This document shows, in pieces, positions 34,201 to 49,200 of a stretch of DNA of 64,000 nt. Position 1 is the stretch's first letter; each line of letters opens with the position of its first letter. Where the stretch lies: contig NC_092672.1 of NCBI RefSeq assembly GCF_964355755.1, forward strand, positions 25,984,437 to 26,048,436, read 5' to 3'. The notes beneath the pieces are model-generated. The model worked only from the letters and a program-made list of their open reading frames with translations. It was not told where the DNA came from and did not search any database. This DNA comes from Antedon mediterranea. Lineage: Eukaryota > Animalia > Echinodermata. The position numbers and the translations under genes are program-made.

Positions 34201-37200
34201 TCAAATCGTACCACATTTATAAATTTCATGAGTCCTGACTTCAGTCGCCGAATGTATTGTATTAGCTTCGGTTTATTTGAATGAAACCAATTGGTTATTC
34301 AATTATACTTATTGGGAAATGCTTTTACCATAATAGGTAATGTTGGGCGGTTCTTAAATATTCATGAGAGCTTAAAATAAAACAGCACTTATTTGCTAGG
34401 CGACGAAAAATCATAGTTTCAGTTTTCAACGATAGGTGGCGCTTCAAAATCGTCAATGCGGAAGTAAGTCGATTTTACACGATTTAACGGTCAAAACGCG
34501 AAGTGGCTTTCCCACTGATAATACAACCCGTTTGTTTGGCTACTCTGTATACATAATCATAAAACTTCCTCGCGATCTGTGTGAAAACACCTTCTCAACC
34601 ATGATGAGTTGTAAACAATACTAATTAGCATCATGCATAATGTATACTCATGGTTTGAAATCTTTGTTTACTTTCGCTCGCGACGATTTTCCAGACGAAA
34701 TGTAATCAAATTAATTTACCTGTTAATTACGTAAACTTGTTGTTTTTGGCTCGAATTTTCGACTTAAAGTGAATAACTTTAATATTACTTTGATGTGGCC
34801 AATTTAAATTTAGAATACTTTGACCTTCATTTTTTGTGTTTCAAGGGACAATACATCTTTAAATATTTGTACAAAATATATAGCGGGTTTAAAAAATAAT
34901 AAGTAGTATCAATAAAACATTACTTCTCAGACTTTTGAAAGTAATTATTAAATTAAAAATATTGTTAATTAAAATTATTCTAATGATCATCGCTATCTAA
35001 ACAAACAAAATAGAGGGCGACATTTACAATTTTATTTTATAAACCCCGGTGTTTGCTAGTTGGTGTGAAAAGGGTATCTCCGGAGTTTCTCGACGTTTTG
35101 AATGGTCATAAACTCCGGGGTGTCTCCGGAGACACTCCGGAGTTTTGGTGTGAAAGGGGTATAATTTTATTATAGTAAATAATAATTAATTATATACACT
35201 TTTTATATTTCAGGAGAAATAAACACACGGTCGTCTCTTATAAAGGTGCAATTTATGTTTTTGGTGGAGATAATGGGTAAGTTTACACATTTATTTTCTG
35301 TGTCTCCAACACCTAAATTTTCAAAAGGGAGACATTTAGAAGAAAAAATTTGGTCCTTAATAGTATTTTATGAGATTTACCCATTCAGTGATACCCAATG
35401 GTTTATATTATTATTTTATCATAATTATTACTGACGCTTCATATCCCATTTGACCTTATTAATATATGCTCTTTATTTTATTGCAAGTCATTTGATTAAA
35501 TAAATGTTTTGTTGAAATTGAAATTTTGTTTAAAATTTATAATGTATGAGGAACTTTTATCTCATCACAATTTAATATCAAACTTTACCCACAGCATTGT
35601 CATTTTTTCATTAATTTAATAGTCCTTATCCAAGAAGACTCTCCAGTAAGGAGTAAGCATTCAACCCTTGCCAATGATATGGCTACAGGGCTACAGGGCT
35701 GTACTGTACATATTGTGGTTCCACTGTTTTAACCTCTTATTTTTATTTATTTATTTATTTATTTCCTTTATTGCATCAAGTAAGCAGTGATGAAGTTGAC
35801 ATAAATATAATAGTAAATATGTAAACACATAGTATAACACAGTCCAAACAAGTAACACTAAAATATATCATAGTCTTTCAATGGCCATCATAGTACATCC
35901 AGTAACACAAACCAATAGAGGTTCACAATTTGCTTATCATAACTCAGTTACTGATCATTCACCAATCATTGAAAACTCCGTGGAAAGTAATGAAGTTTTT
36001 TGTGCGTTGTGTCCGGACTTTGGGGAGGGTGAACGATCTAACGCGTCGGAGCTGATGGTTGTGTGTGGGAGGTTTAGGTAAGAGAGAGTGTAATATATGA
36101 TCTTCTTTTTTCATTTTATCAAAGAATTTTCTTGACAACTTCTCAGCCACTCACTGACTCAAGTGTTGCTGATTGTGTTTTTTTAAATATTTTTGTCATT
36201 CATTGCAGAAAGCAAATGTTGAATGATGTTCTACGATTTGATATTAAAGAGGAATCATGGGGAAGGTAGGTCTTTACTTTTTGTAAGTACAATAAAAAAT
36301 GAATATATTATAAAATAATATTTGCTAACCACTTAGAATTATATTTTGTTATCTAATTTAATAACAAATAATTGTTAAAGGTCTTTGACAAGGAAACATC
36401 ATCTGACACTTTGCAGACACAGATCCTTGAATGTAATATTAAAGTAGATCCTCTATTAAGGGGACACAAGGGGACACCTTTTGGACTGAACAGCGGTGTT
36501 TAACGCTTGGTGCATATACTCCCCCTTTTAACGGCTACTAAATTGTTGATAGTGGTACTGTAAAGTGTGCGGTACACCACATATTAGTTAAAACACTGTT
36601 GAGTTTCTTGACGTTTCGATATTGATTCTATTTCTACTTGATGCTGGCACTGGCACTGTAATTATACAAATTATGTGTTTCTAACAGAGCGTTTACAACA
36701 GGGAGTCCACCCGCCCCTCGCTACCACCACTCAGCTGTAGTTCACAAGGGAAGAATGTTCATATTTGGTAAGTTTCATATTTACACATTATCCTTTTATA
36801 AAACAAAATTAACATACGTAATACAAATATTATAATTATATTTTAAAATAGAAAATAAAAGAAGGCCGCATTTAATAATTCTTTGAATTGTATACAGTTT
36901 TGATATTGACTATCTTATTATATTTAAATCTAATAGGAAAAGAATAATTACTTCTTCATATTGTGTTTATTTCAGTAAAACAGGAAACTAATGTACTATG
37001 CACAATCTTATCTTGTTTTTTTATCAACAAAATAAAAATACATTGTTATTGTTCATTTATAATATAAATCTTGTATATCATCTGAATTTAAACTGTCTTC
37101 AATTCAAAGAAGTACATGTTACAATATACTTTGCAAGCTGGTTTTTTTTTGTATAGTATCAGTTTTACAAAAAATGTAGTAAATCAATTTCACTTTTATT

Positions 37201-40200
37201 AAGCAAAATACTATTTTTCTTTTTTTTAAACTGATGTTGGACATACCACACCAGCTTTATTGCTTTTGTCTCTTCTCGACATTGTAAATGTCATGTTTTG
37301 TGCCTGTTGATATATTTAAATTCTCATTTATATTCTGTATATACTGTAGAAAGGAATACAAATAGATAAATTAAAACTATAGTACATTGTTTGAAGCAAT
37401 AAAATAAAAATTAAAACATGCTCCCAAACTCTACCTAGCATCAGTTCTATCCTAATTTTATTTGCAAATAGCTGTTCATCAAACATTTACTGTTCTTTAG
37501 TTCATTCCAAATGTAAATCAAAGTAAATTGAGATGTCTTTGAAGTTATACATAGCATGAACAGATTCTTTATTTTCTACTTGACTTGTACATTAACCTAT
37601 GTCATGCATTTAAAGTCTTTCTCTATACAAACAAATCCCATCTTTGTTCATTGTATTGTCAAACAATATGGGTCTATCCAGTAGTTTTAATACTTGTAAG
37701 AATTATACTTTCTACTTGACTTAGATTACATGACCCAATTGTCCATATACTGAATATAATATTTATGAGTAACATGAGGAAAATGTTTTCATGAGTTCAA
37801 TGGAACTGTCTATACAACATGCCCACAAACTGTTTTGGTTATAAAACTCAACTCGGAACAAAATTATATTTGATTTCAGTAAAGGGTTTTTCATACCTGC
37901 TCTCGTCCGCACAGTGTTTAAAGCGACTCTTTTATTTCACAACGCGCCAAATAGCTACGTGCCTAATGAGTAACGCTCATGAGCATGCATGAAATTATCT
38001 TTTTAGTTAATTGGCATGTAGTCGCGTGGCGTCTCATAGAGTTGTAACATTAAGGCGCGACTTTGTTTGTTGCGCGATCACAGGAACCATGCGTGAAAGG
38101 CCCTTAAGTCCTTTTTTTGCCTAACTACTGTAGGATATCATACAGTATGTAGCCTAGCTGTCCCCTCCAAAGAAAATTATAATGACATATTTAAGAACGC
38201 TGACTGATTTTTTCGTAAAGTTTGTGTTGAAACAAATCAAATTTAATAATCACTATTTTGTATTGAAAGCTAAAACCTACACATTATTTATTGGGTCTTT
38301 GTATAAGTATGAGTATTTTATTCTGTTGAGATGTGCCCTGTTTTTACCCAAAGAATATCGTGCCTGTAGAAGAATGAATGAATTGGTTATTTATTGCCAG
38401 TTTAAAAATATTGTATCTACATTCTTTTGTGTTACAAAACTATTGTCTATCTATGTGAATTGAAAGTTTATTGATGAGAAGATTTGTTTAAAAGTGGAAA
38501 TATTCGAAACTTTTCAAAAATTATCATTAGAAACCAGATGGATTTATTTCAACATGTTTGAAACCCTTTTTGACTTTTAAAAAGTAATACCTTGTTTTAC
38601 TGTCATACAAAAATGGCTCTGAAAAAGTATTTAATCACAATACTTGTTCTGTCTGGGTAGACATGTGATAGTTTGTAGAAATTCAATGAAATACCGCTAT
38701 ACTTTCGATTGTCAATCTTTATGGTGGTGTCCATTTGTTTGAGATATTTTAATTCTAAAAATATTGTTGCACCACAAACAAATCCCTGTTTTTTCATCAA
38801 AGTCTATTAGGAATATTAGCTATCTCACAGAACCTCTCAAAAGAAAGGAAACTATAGTTAACTTCACTGGGTAATGAAATTAAAGTAAAAGTATCATTTC
38901 CTGAAAAAATGAGATGCCTTTGTGTTTTGAATGTTGTGAAATAAAACTCACTATTTTCAGATATGTTTTGTTCTTTTCCAAGGTGTTTTGAGTAATTTTA
39001 AATAAGACATTCCAATCATCTTTGTCAAGTGTAATTTGGTGATGTAATCTCTGTTTTTGTCTTGTAATCTTAATCTCTAGGATTAGACAAAATCAGAACA
39101 AGGTCTTTCTCAGATAATTAATTCACTTTCATCAATGCCATAGAGTTAATCATGATTATGTAGTTTTTGTTGTGTAACCCTTCTTGACTTGAAGGCCTAT
39201 TTTGGTCATTCAATCATTGTCTTTTTCATTCTATCATTCATATCTTTATCCTTGTTCATATCAAAACTTCTTTCTAAATCGTGGACAATTTTCCATAATC
39301 AGAATCTCTACAGTAAATTATCAACCAAATATCGACTCCCATATGAGGGAATCATTTCGCACAAGTTCTGTACTTGTTCATCCATTTGTTCATTCATGTG
39401 TTTATGTTTTCATCTATTTGTTTATTTGTGTATCATTATTCGCTCACCTCCTATTCTCAAAAAACTATCCCAAATCCAGATTCTGTAAATACTGGAGGAA
39501 ACTCTAAAAAATGTTTACTTCCTAATTACTGAGAGAGAGAATATAATTTCCCAAAACTAAACTAGACTACTAGACTGTAAACCCTAAATTCTAGAAACAT
39601 TTTCCAAAACTAGAATTCCTCAATTCTGAAAATCAACTAAACCAAAATCTAAACTCAAAGGTGGGAAAAGTTTCCCAAAACTAGACTTCTTAAATACTGG
39701 AAGCTCCACTAAAACCAGACTCTTTATTAAGTCATGGAAATATTCCCCAAAACTAGACTTCCTAAATACTGCAAACTCTTCCAAGACTCCTAAATATCTC
39801 AAACTCTCTCAAAACGACCCTAAATTTAAAAATAAAAAGATCAAAATTACAAAATGCTTTAAAAAAATTGGATTAAACTCTATTCTAAAATCTGAAAAAC
39901 CAAAAAAGATTTTGGTTGAATGGTGTCCAGTTTTGTGGGAGTTCAGTGTCCTGCACTTCCGTTGCTATTCACGCTGGATTTTGTTGACGGTCGTCAATCC
40001 ACTAGCGTGAATTAGTGTTCTGACGTTTGTAAACCACTAGGGTGAAAATTATCCATTGTTTGAAATCCTTAATATTATAGGACTGTGCAACTAGGATTTA
40101 AAATCAAAATGACAATTTCATATTAGAGAAATTTCCTATATATTGGTAAATCTTTTGGTGGGTTTATACAATAAAATATAAAAGGTGATTTACACAAAAT

Positions 40201-43200
40201 CCTTCGAAATTCTTTGTTTCTTTTCTTTATTGTTATCAATTGTCCTTTACGACTCAAATCGTAGGCTTGTGTGCTTTGTGTAGGCAAAGTCCAGCTTATA
40301 GAATTCCTTATTTGGTCATAAACCTCCGTTTAATGAATATGAAAATATTTGTTCAATAGAGGTGGTAGGTGGAAAAAAGTTAAGTTTGTTTATGTTTTTC
40401 ATGTGAAAATACTGGAAAATGTGCATTCATTTTCATACAGTAGTTCGGCTATAAATGAAGGCCAGATGCCATCTTGTGTGTTGTGATTCTGTTTTCCCCA
40501 ATTTTATAGCTCCTTCGTCATACTTTTTTCCCCGTCTAACCCAACCATTATTATAGTTTTTGATTTTATTTAATTTATTAATTTTAATTTAATGATTATG
40601 ATGATGATTTAATTATTTATTTAATGATCCAACAATGGGAGTTAATAGGGAGCTTTCAAATTGTGATGATCTACATAAGTGGAGTCAATCGATTGTTGGT
40701 TGTCACCTGGACTTAGAAACCATCAAAACTGTGTCAAGATGGTGGAAACACAACCCAATATTCTCGCATATGGACAGAGAATAAAACTTGATGCACTTTT
40801 GGTTGTCGTAAATGAAAAGCTATTGGCTGCAGTTAGAAGTCAGAACAGGTTGCTTGTACCAGAGGAACTTTTTTTATTACAGCCTCCACGAAAACCGAAT
40901 GCCATCACATTAGAATTAAAATGTGAATAGTATTGATAATGTCAAAAGGCTGCCCCGTAACTGTGCTACAACAACTCCGGCCCCCCAAAGTCCCACAGAA
41001 TCCAGACAAAACATGTTAAGTATTACACTGTTACAGGACGGATTTATTAAAGCAGATCTCTGGAACTTTTAGGTTGTTACCAAACTAACATTAGTCACAT
41101 TAATACCCACCAGTATGGATGATAATCTGAGTGACATTTTCACAATTTTTATTGTGAAAAGTACTGTAATGAAATGTCAAAAATATGTGGTTATTCAACT
41201 AGTAAGATACACAATGAATATTTCCAAAAAAGTCCTTGTGAAGTGTGGAGAATTTCTAGGATTTACCACAATAACGTGCAAAGTAATTCTAAATTCTTGT
41301 TTTGTTTGTTGACAATAATTGTCCTCTAGGCTCTACCAATAAATCATGGGTTTGTGTACTTTGTGTAGGCGGGATCTGGTACATTGAACTCCTTATTTGG
41401 TTAAAAACTATTAGTTATATCTTATCTGATGAGGTACGTACCATTCTATTGATCAAAAAAACAAATTTTGTGGCAGGTACTGTAAAAAAATTCTTATTTT
41501 CTGTTTTTGATATTTTTTTAATGTTTACAAACAATTTATGATAATTTTACAGAATCAGATATTACGACTGAAGCCATCACTCTCTTTATAAGTTTTTGGA
41601 ATCAACCATTTTTCGTATTTGTGAAAATGATTTAAGAATAAATCAACAATTTTCATTCTCTAAAAGCAACTCATTTTTAGTGTATTAATTTTATGTAATT
41701 GACTCGATTACATAATAAAATTGTATAGATATTGAAAAACCTCAAATTAGATAACAACTCATCACCAACCATGCGTTTGTGAAGGTCAAGGGGCGTTATG
41801 CACTTCCTGAAATAAATTTATTCTAAATATGGTATTTGCTTGTTTCAGTACTTATCCATTCCGCTGAATTTCCAGCAGGAAAAATTACAGATACGATCAG
41901 GAAACATTAAGGTTAAGATACAATGCTATTCCGGGAGATCTGGTCATGCTGCTTAGACCGCGGCTCCATTCATTTCCCAAAAGAATTCTGTTTATATCAC
42001 GCTTAGTTGCATTCATTATTATTTATGATTGGATGATTAGAGAAGATTAGCTTACAGAAAAAATAATTTCTTCCTATTATCTTAATAATATGGTAATTTG
42101 TTGACATTATCGGTTAAAACAAACATGACAACTGGCAATATTACCTATTCTTTATTATATACTGTACCCTTTCAATTATCATTGAAGCAAATTTACACAT
42201 GCTTATCGTCTCAGTCAATACTACAGCAGCAAACGACAATGCTTCTAGTCTATCTCTGTTTCCAAGAAAGATTTGTGATTCTAATGATAAGATGTAGTAA
42301 ATATTATTGTTTTAACTATAGTAGTAGGAATACTCTTGTATAATGCAAATGACACAGGGCCTTTAGACCTTGTTTCCTAGCCCTATACAAACAATACAGT
42401 CAGTAGAATATTGTTGGATGTTCATATGTCACCTCGTCTAGGCCTAGTTTGTACATTTCATATTACACAAGCCTAAACTTGGCCAAGAGAAAAAAAAGAC
42501 AGTCAGCTGTGCTTTATTGCCTTTGCATAAAAAGATCTTAATTTAAGGTACAGGTACATTTAGGCGTACATACAGTACGGTAGGCTAACATTTTAGAACT
42601 TTTAACTAAGATTAGCTATAAAGTTTCATTTCAGATGAACTACTGACACTGTAGTGTCCATTTATCATAAATTGTATGTGTGACACAGTACCATTTCTGG
42701 CCATCTAGGGTTCTGATTTAACAAAATTCCCTGTGTTGGTAAAATTCCGGTGTATGATTTTCCCAATGTCAACCTGGGTAGAAGCAGAAATTTTTCCACT
42801 AAAGCCATGTGGTTGTACGAGGGCATTTTCCAGTCCACAGAGTAGTTGTTCTGGATGAAACAGTTAGTTATCCCCAAGGGGTGCAGTATTTAACTGTTGT
42901 GTAATTAGTAATTCACATCCAAGATTTGAATTGTTTTTTTTATGAGGGAATTTACTATTAGTACAGAAAGTGACGCACCGGAGTGAGACTGATAGTCAGT
43001 CCTTGTTTACCTACAGAACCTTCAAACACTTTATAATATGTGTTAAATTTTGATGGAAGATAGAATGATTTTTAAATTTTTTTATTTTTATATGACCATT
43101 TAAAAAAAATCACAATACTGAAGAAAAAAAATCAACCCACGCTGTTCCGAAATTTGATAATGAATGCGCTACTACAGTAGGAATCTGATCGTGAATACTT

Positions 43201-46200
43201 TTTCATTTGGTCTTATGGTTCTCCAAATATTTCCTGAATTGAGCTGTTCTTATTAAAGACCACATTTTTAGAAGATCTTCAAAAATAGACGTACTGTAGT
43301 TATTACAGCATGAGTAATCAATATTATTAGTGTCTATATTTTGTTACTTGGCGTCGGTAATATCGCGTGGTGATCAATACAAGCTGTAAAGTTCCTGGTC
43401 AAATTGAACAGTTCCTGGTCAAAATTGAACAGTTCTTGTTAATGTTATGTGATGACTTTCTGTGGTAATGTGGTCATAGAAATCCTGTGATGCACTGTAC
43501 TCTATTATAATCATTAGTCATGCAATGTTACTGGCATGACTTTCCTAATAACACATGATACAACTGTATGTTTCAGGATATACTATGGTTACAACATTTT
43601 GAATAGTGTAGATGTACAGTAGCTTGGTGGTTCCCTTGCCTTCCAATCCCAGGTTCCAATTCTCCACTCCCTAAGCCTCAAATGAGACTTACAGTAGTGC
43701 TCACGATAAATTATGAAATAGTTTATCCAACAAGTATTGCTGAGTTGCTCACTGTTGGATGCATATGAAAAAAAAATCATTTGTTTATCTGAAAGGTCAA
43801 CTACACTTTCCCAAATGACTGGTGTGTACCCTGCAAATTTGCCAGGTCAACTCTAGCCTCCAACATCTTGTTATAGAATGTTATTGTTATGTTACCCAGT
43901 TGTCTGAGGGTATGTTCAGACAGTGTTACGGTGGATCAGTTATGTAAGCGGCGTACATATTTTTGTGTCTGAACCATGCCGCGGATTAGCGTTAGGGAGC
44001 TCTTACTCCGTGCCAGTGGCGTTAATGGTAGATTTAATAACGCTAATCCAGTGATGCATCAGTGATTTTAACCTTAACCAATGAAAAGACACGACTACGA
44101 TTAACTACATACCTGTAACCTAGTATACGACAGCGATGTCAAATGTATTTTCAGGTTTTCAATTTTAAAGAACAGTAAAGTTGGCATCAGTGATATGATA
44201 TTTTCATAAATTAAATCAATTAATCAGATAATTTTCCGTGTAATAATTACGTTTTAAATTTTTTGGAATTAAAATGCAATTCTGCAAGTATTAAGAACAA
44301 ATCAGTATATTTGAAGGTAAACATTATATAAATAACAATAACAAAAAACAATGTTACAATGTAAACTTTCATGCATTGTCATAAATGTATACATATTGTT
44401 CTATCTGCTTTGACCTGATCAGAGTGTTTTACACAAGGCATTGGAATGTTGGTCGTTGTGTCTGAACACCTTGGCTTTTAACGCCACGGATTACCGTACG
44501 CCTTGCGTAGATAACTCCACCGTAACTCCATTAGTCTGAACATACTGTACCCTAAGAATGTTCTCAGAAATTCAAGTTTCATAAAGAAAACACCCTTTAC
44601 AAAATTACTGTAGGTCATTGACAAAACTAAAGGGGAATTTTTATTTCATGTGATGTCATAGTCTGGGCTCCAGACAGAGTTTTTTCTTAATATTAGTAAA
44701 AATATAAATATTGTTGCACATATGGCGTTTCATACCTGTATTACTTGAGTTTGGATACTCCGTCTGGGGAAACACGCAAAAGTCACGTGGTTTGACACCA
44801 AGAATTCTTGGTGCATAGATTATCCGGTTGACTAGTTTCAGCTGCATGCGATTGGCTACTCACTCGTACACCGTTTTAATATTCATATTTCAGAATTTCA
44901 AAGACTCAACAACTAAGATGGTATGCATGCGCTATGTTACGTTTAGACCATGTACTTGGGTACATTGATGAAAGTTTCTGAAGGCTAGAAATGATTTTAT
45001 ATGCCTAGTAGTCTGGTAAACATTTGATGGGATTTTTCCCAAGAACATGAAAACTCGTCTTGCTTCTCCGCAAATCAAACATTGAATGGATCATTTAATA
45101 TTACGCGGAGATAATTTGATTTAATTCCCACCCAGACTCTATCCTGTTCTGTGTAGTGGTGTCGTAGCCCTGTCTGTTGTTTGTGAATCCTGTTGTGTGC
45201 CGGTGGTGGTATGTAGGCCTACCTCTTATTGGCGTTTTATTTGGCAGATCATACGTGCGAGCTGAGTAGGACCTACGAAGGAGGCCTAGGTGAAGGACTA
45301 AACAATAAACAAAACAACTTGGCAACACGATTTCATATTTCAACGGTCTAGATCGTACATTCAGCACTGTACGTACTCGATCTTTTTCATTTTGAAACAA
45401 AATGATCATTGGTTGATTCGAAATCCATATTTACATACCGCCCGCCCCATAAAGCCAAATACGGTATGATAACCTACGTCATTCTTATCAGATGTATTTT
45501 CAGACAAAAATCGCGGTCGAAATAAAAACAAATAAATTATAAAAAAAAACAATACAGACTTGGGGCAAGTCTAGTGATGTCATTGTCAATGAAGCTATAG
45601 CATATTAGTAATATTTGCTTGAGCATGAGCAGTTTCAGAGACTGCATGCATTATTCATTTTTCAGAATGTTATGATGGATAGATAATGCTCTAGGCTTCT
45701 CATAGTAATTAGAAGTGTGTCTATGGCGTTTTTTATAGAAGTGTATGGTTTTTCTAAAGGCACAATTTGCACAGATTTTAATCAAAATGAGTCACATACT
45801 GTACTACATCATGCCCTTAGTTGCCCTTCAACATTTTGATTCAACTTACCTGTAACTGTAGGATGCTGACTGTTTGACCGCCTGAGCCCATTGCACTTTA
45901 GGTATCTTAAAAGGTTTTTCGTTGATCACCCACATTTTCAAACATTTTTTTAAACTCAAATTTAGCAGAAATGCAGTCGATAAACATTTTATTTTTTAAT
46001 CTATTTTGAAATAAATGGTTTGTACTTCACTATGCAGCAGAAACAGACCCTAACGATTTGTACAGTTTTACAAATTTGTAATTGATGGTCACAATCTATA
46101 ATGTAAAATGTAAAAATACTATGTTTTCATCTTTAAACGATTAAAAATGTGAACAAAAAAAGGTGATTTTAATATTTTAAGTGGCCCCTGTACTATAAAC

Positions 46201-49200
46201 GCCTAAGTATATTTTTTTGCTAAAAAAATAAAAAAAATCAATTCAACAATGTTTTATTGTACGTTGTTGTTCCCAGCAAGCTAGAAGTAGGGCCTACAAA
46301 ATCCTAGGCCTAAGTGCATCCTCAAAAGAACATTCAACACAAACTATAATGTATACTGTCAGTGTATAATATTGTTTTTCTCTTTCTATAATAATTAAAA
46401 CTTAAATTTAAGAAAAGATGACCAATTTAATGTTTTAAATGTGATAATATATAAATGCATTGTTTTTACAAAAAGAGAGAATAGTGTCTTAAATAATCAG
46501 CACTTTTGTAAAGTTACCCATAAAAAAAACACCTTTTCTATGCAGTATGATGTGGCTTACAACAATATAGGGCTGAAATGAAAACTTGTATTTGTTTTTA
46601 TCCATCCTGAAAAGTAATACTTTGATCTGTTTTAACCTAGACCAGCTTGTGACTTCAAATCCAATGTTTTCATATCAGCTTGAGGCAGTAGTAGGTAGTT
46701 TGTTGGGGATCACCTATGTCAGCATGAACATTCCAACAGGCTGAGTCATTTAATCTAGGGCTCTTCTCATAACACCTTATGTTGTTATTTGATCTGTTCA
46801 TTTCCTCAAATGTAGATCTTTATGGGATGTTGCCCATTAACCTGTAGATTACATCCAGGGACCAGAGTTCTCCAGTTGAGCTGAAAGTAGGCTGCACCTT
46901 CTGCTTAGCATACATCCTGAAATTTGAACATTATTTTGATAAATTATTCTTTACTTCCTCCACTGTTGCTGTGTTTTAATGTTTGCCTTTCATTACAATG
47001 CTAAGGCCTAGGGCTTTTTTGTAAGGGAGCCTTATGAATACCACTATTATATTATTAGGCTCAATTTTTCAAACTAGATGGTGCGCTCGCTTCGCTCGCG
47101 TACCATCTAGGTCGTGCCCACAGATGGTTCTCGAATACATAATAATTTCAGCGTTAAAAGACTGGCGATTTATAATGTACGTACCGCAGGACAATAATAC
47201 ATGTCGTTTACAGGAACGAATAAATAGACACTGTGATTTATGTACTCAACTAAAATTAGCACCTTGGGAATTACTTCCGAAACTGAAAGAGAAATTTGTC
47301 ACAAAATTAAACCAATTGTTTAAGTCAAATTTAAACAAACTTAATTTGTGTTTTGTATGTAACATCAGGGTTGAGGGATGGGGAAGAGGATGGGTGCAAA
47401 GAGGAACAATTTTTAAATATATTCTTTATCCATTTAGTAACGAAATATTAATTGTTTTTATGTTTTACAAATAATATACCACTAAACACAGTAAAACATT
47501 GTGATTTTTTAATACTTTGTTGGAACTATCACCGTCATAGTCGATTGAAATAGTACAGTACATGTAACGATACATCAATACGACGTGTATGTTTATATAA
47601 TATAAAACAATTTGTGAAAACCACCTCTATTCGAGGAAAATCATAAATTCGATTTATTTGTCAATAAATATTAAATTATCTAACTCAACTTAATTAGTAG
47701 GCCTAATGGTTTTCAATTGTTTCTTAGACTAGAGCCAATTCATACTTAAGTTGGTTCCTACCCTACCCACCAAAGTTGTTCTGCGTTTAGGGCATGTGAT
47801 GTACCGTAGGCCCATCCTCTACTGGTTTTACAACGCTACTCATGCCAGTGAGGGAAGGGTGATGATGTGGGTGGTTTAACTGCAATAATAAAGATGTGTA
47901 CATAATATACGGCGAGTGAAAACGCTAGCTCATTATCCGTTAAAAAAAAATGTATATCCAACCTCTGCAGCACAGATTGAAATGGTTGGGTTGGTTGAAA
48001 AAAAAATGGATCGAATTTCTGTTATGAGTATACAGTACTTGCCTTTACGACGCCTGAGGGAATAGACACTTGTGGAACAGAGATTGGAATGTTCCATTCA
48101 TCGCAAATCAATAAATTTGTATAAACGTATATTAAATCTATCAAAATAGTATTTTTTAAAGAAAATCGGCTTGTCTTCAACATTATGATGCTGTACTCTA
48201 ATAACTAATTATCAAACTCAATTTAACATTTTAGAAATAACGCGCGATTTACCAAATTTTGCCCTTACGTAAATTTATATATAGATAGACCTACAGTAGT
48301 GTAATGTTTCTACAGTAGTTTGTCCTTTTTTACATTTTCATAAAGTCCTGTTTTTTATGGAGTAGTTTTTAGGACCTGTTTCTGCTGCATACCAAATAAG
48401 CAGTACTGTATTTGAAAAAAAACATAATTTTAGGACATAATCACATTTCTGCTGAATTTGTAATTCCAAATAACCATTTACATTAGTGACGTAAATGCAA
48501 TGATGATCAAGCGGTCAAACGTTCAATCTGTCTTATCAAATAACCATTATTTTGCGTTAAATTTACATTACAGCTAAAAGTTGCACAGTGATATTTTAAT
48601 CATTTTAACATTGCATCCTAACACTTAATCAATTAATTTACCTTAATTAACCCTTATTTTCAAGCTACCATTTAACCGGATTGGATATTGAAAATGTGTC
48701 CTGTTTCTGTTTCCAAGAGATTGGGGGTAATTTATTCACAAACGGTTTTTCGCAGCAGAAACAAGATCTTAAGTTATTATTGTACAAGACAACAAAGTTA
48801 TCTTTACAAGCAAGGACCAATGTCCTATCAATTTTTATAATATGTCCTGTGTTGGTCTACCAACCAATCACTAAACATTATGTGCGTTTGATAAGTAGTG
48901 ATGTCCTGTACTGTTAACAATGAATCAAATCCCTTTGTTGTGAGTCATAAAGTGAAATGATCTCATTATTTGATATCCCTAGGATGTGAAACCCTGGGAG
49001 GACATCAAAGTACACAATAGGCCTTACCAGCAGAAAATGTTAACTGGTCTTTATAAATCAAACTAGCAGTTTACCATCCAATGGACATTCACCATCTAAC
49101 AAATTCATTATAATAACCTCTTTGCAACAATTGATTGTAATTATTACACATCTTGTTGAGACTGATAGGATTGTGCACATACAGGTATTCTTGAGCACTT

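Noticed and set aside
47034-47474. 146-aa ORF
   Set aside because: Crosses the Helitron 3' boundary on the opposite strand; no recognisable motifs.
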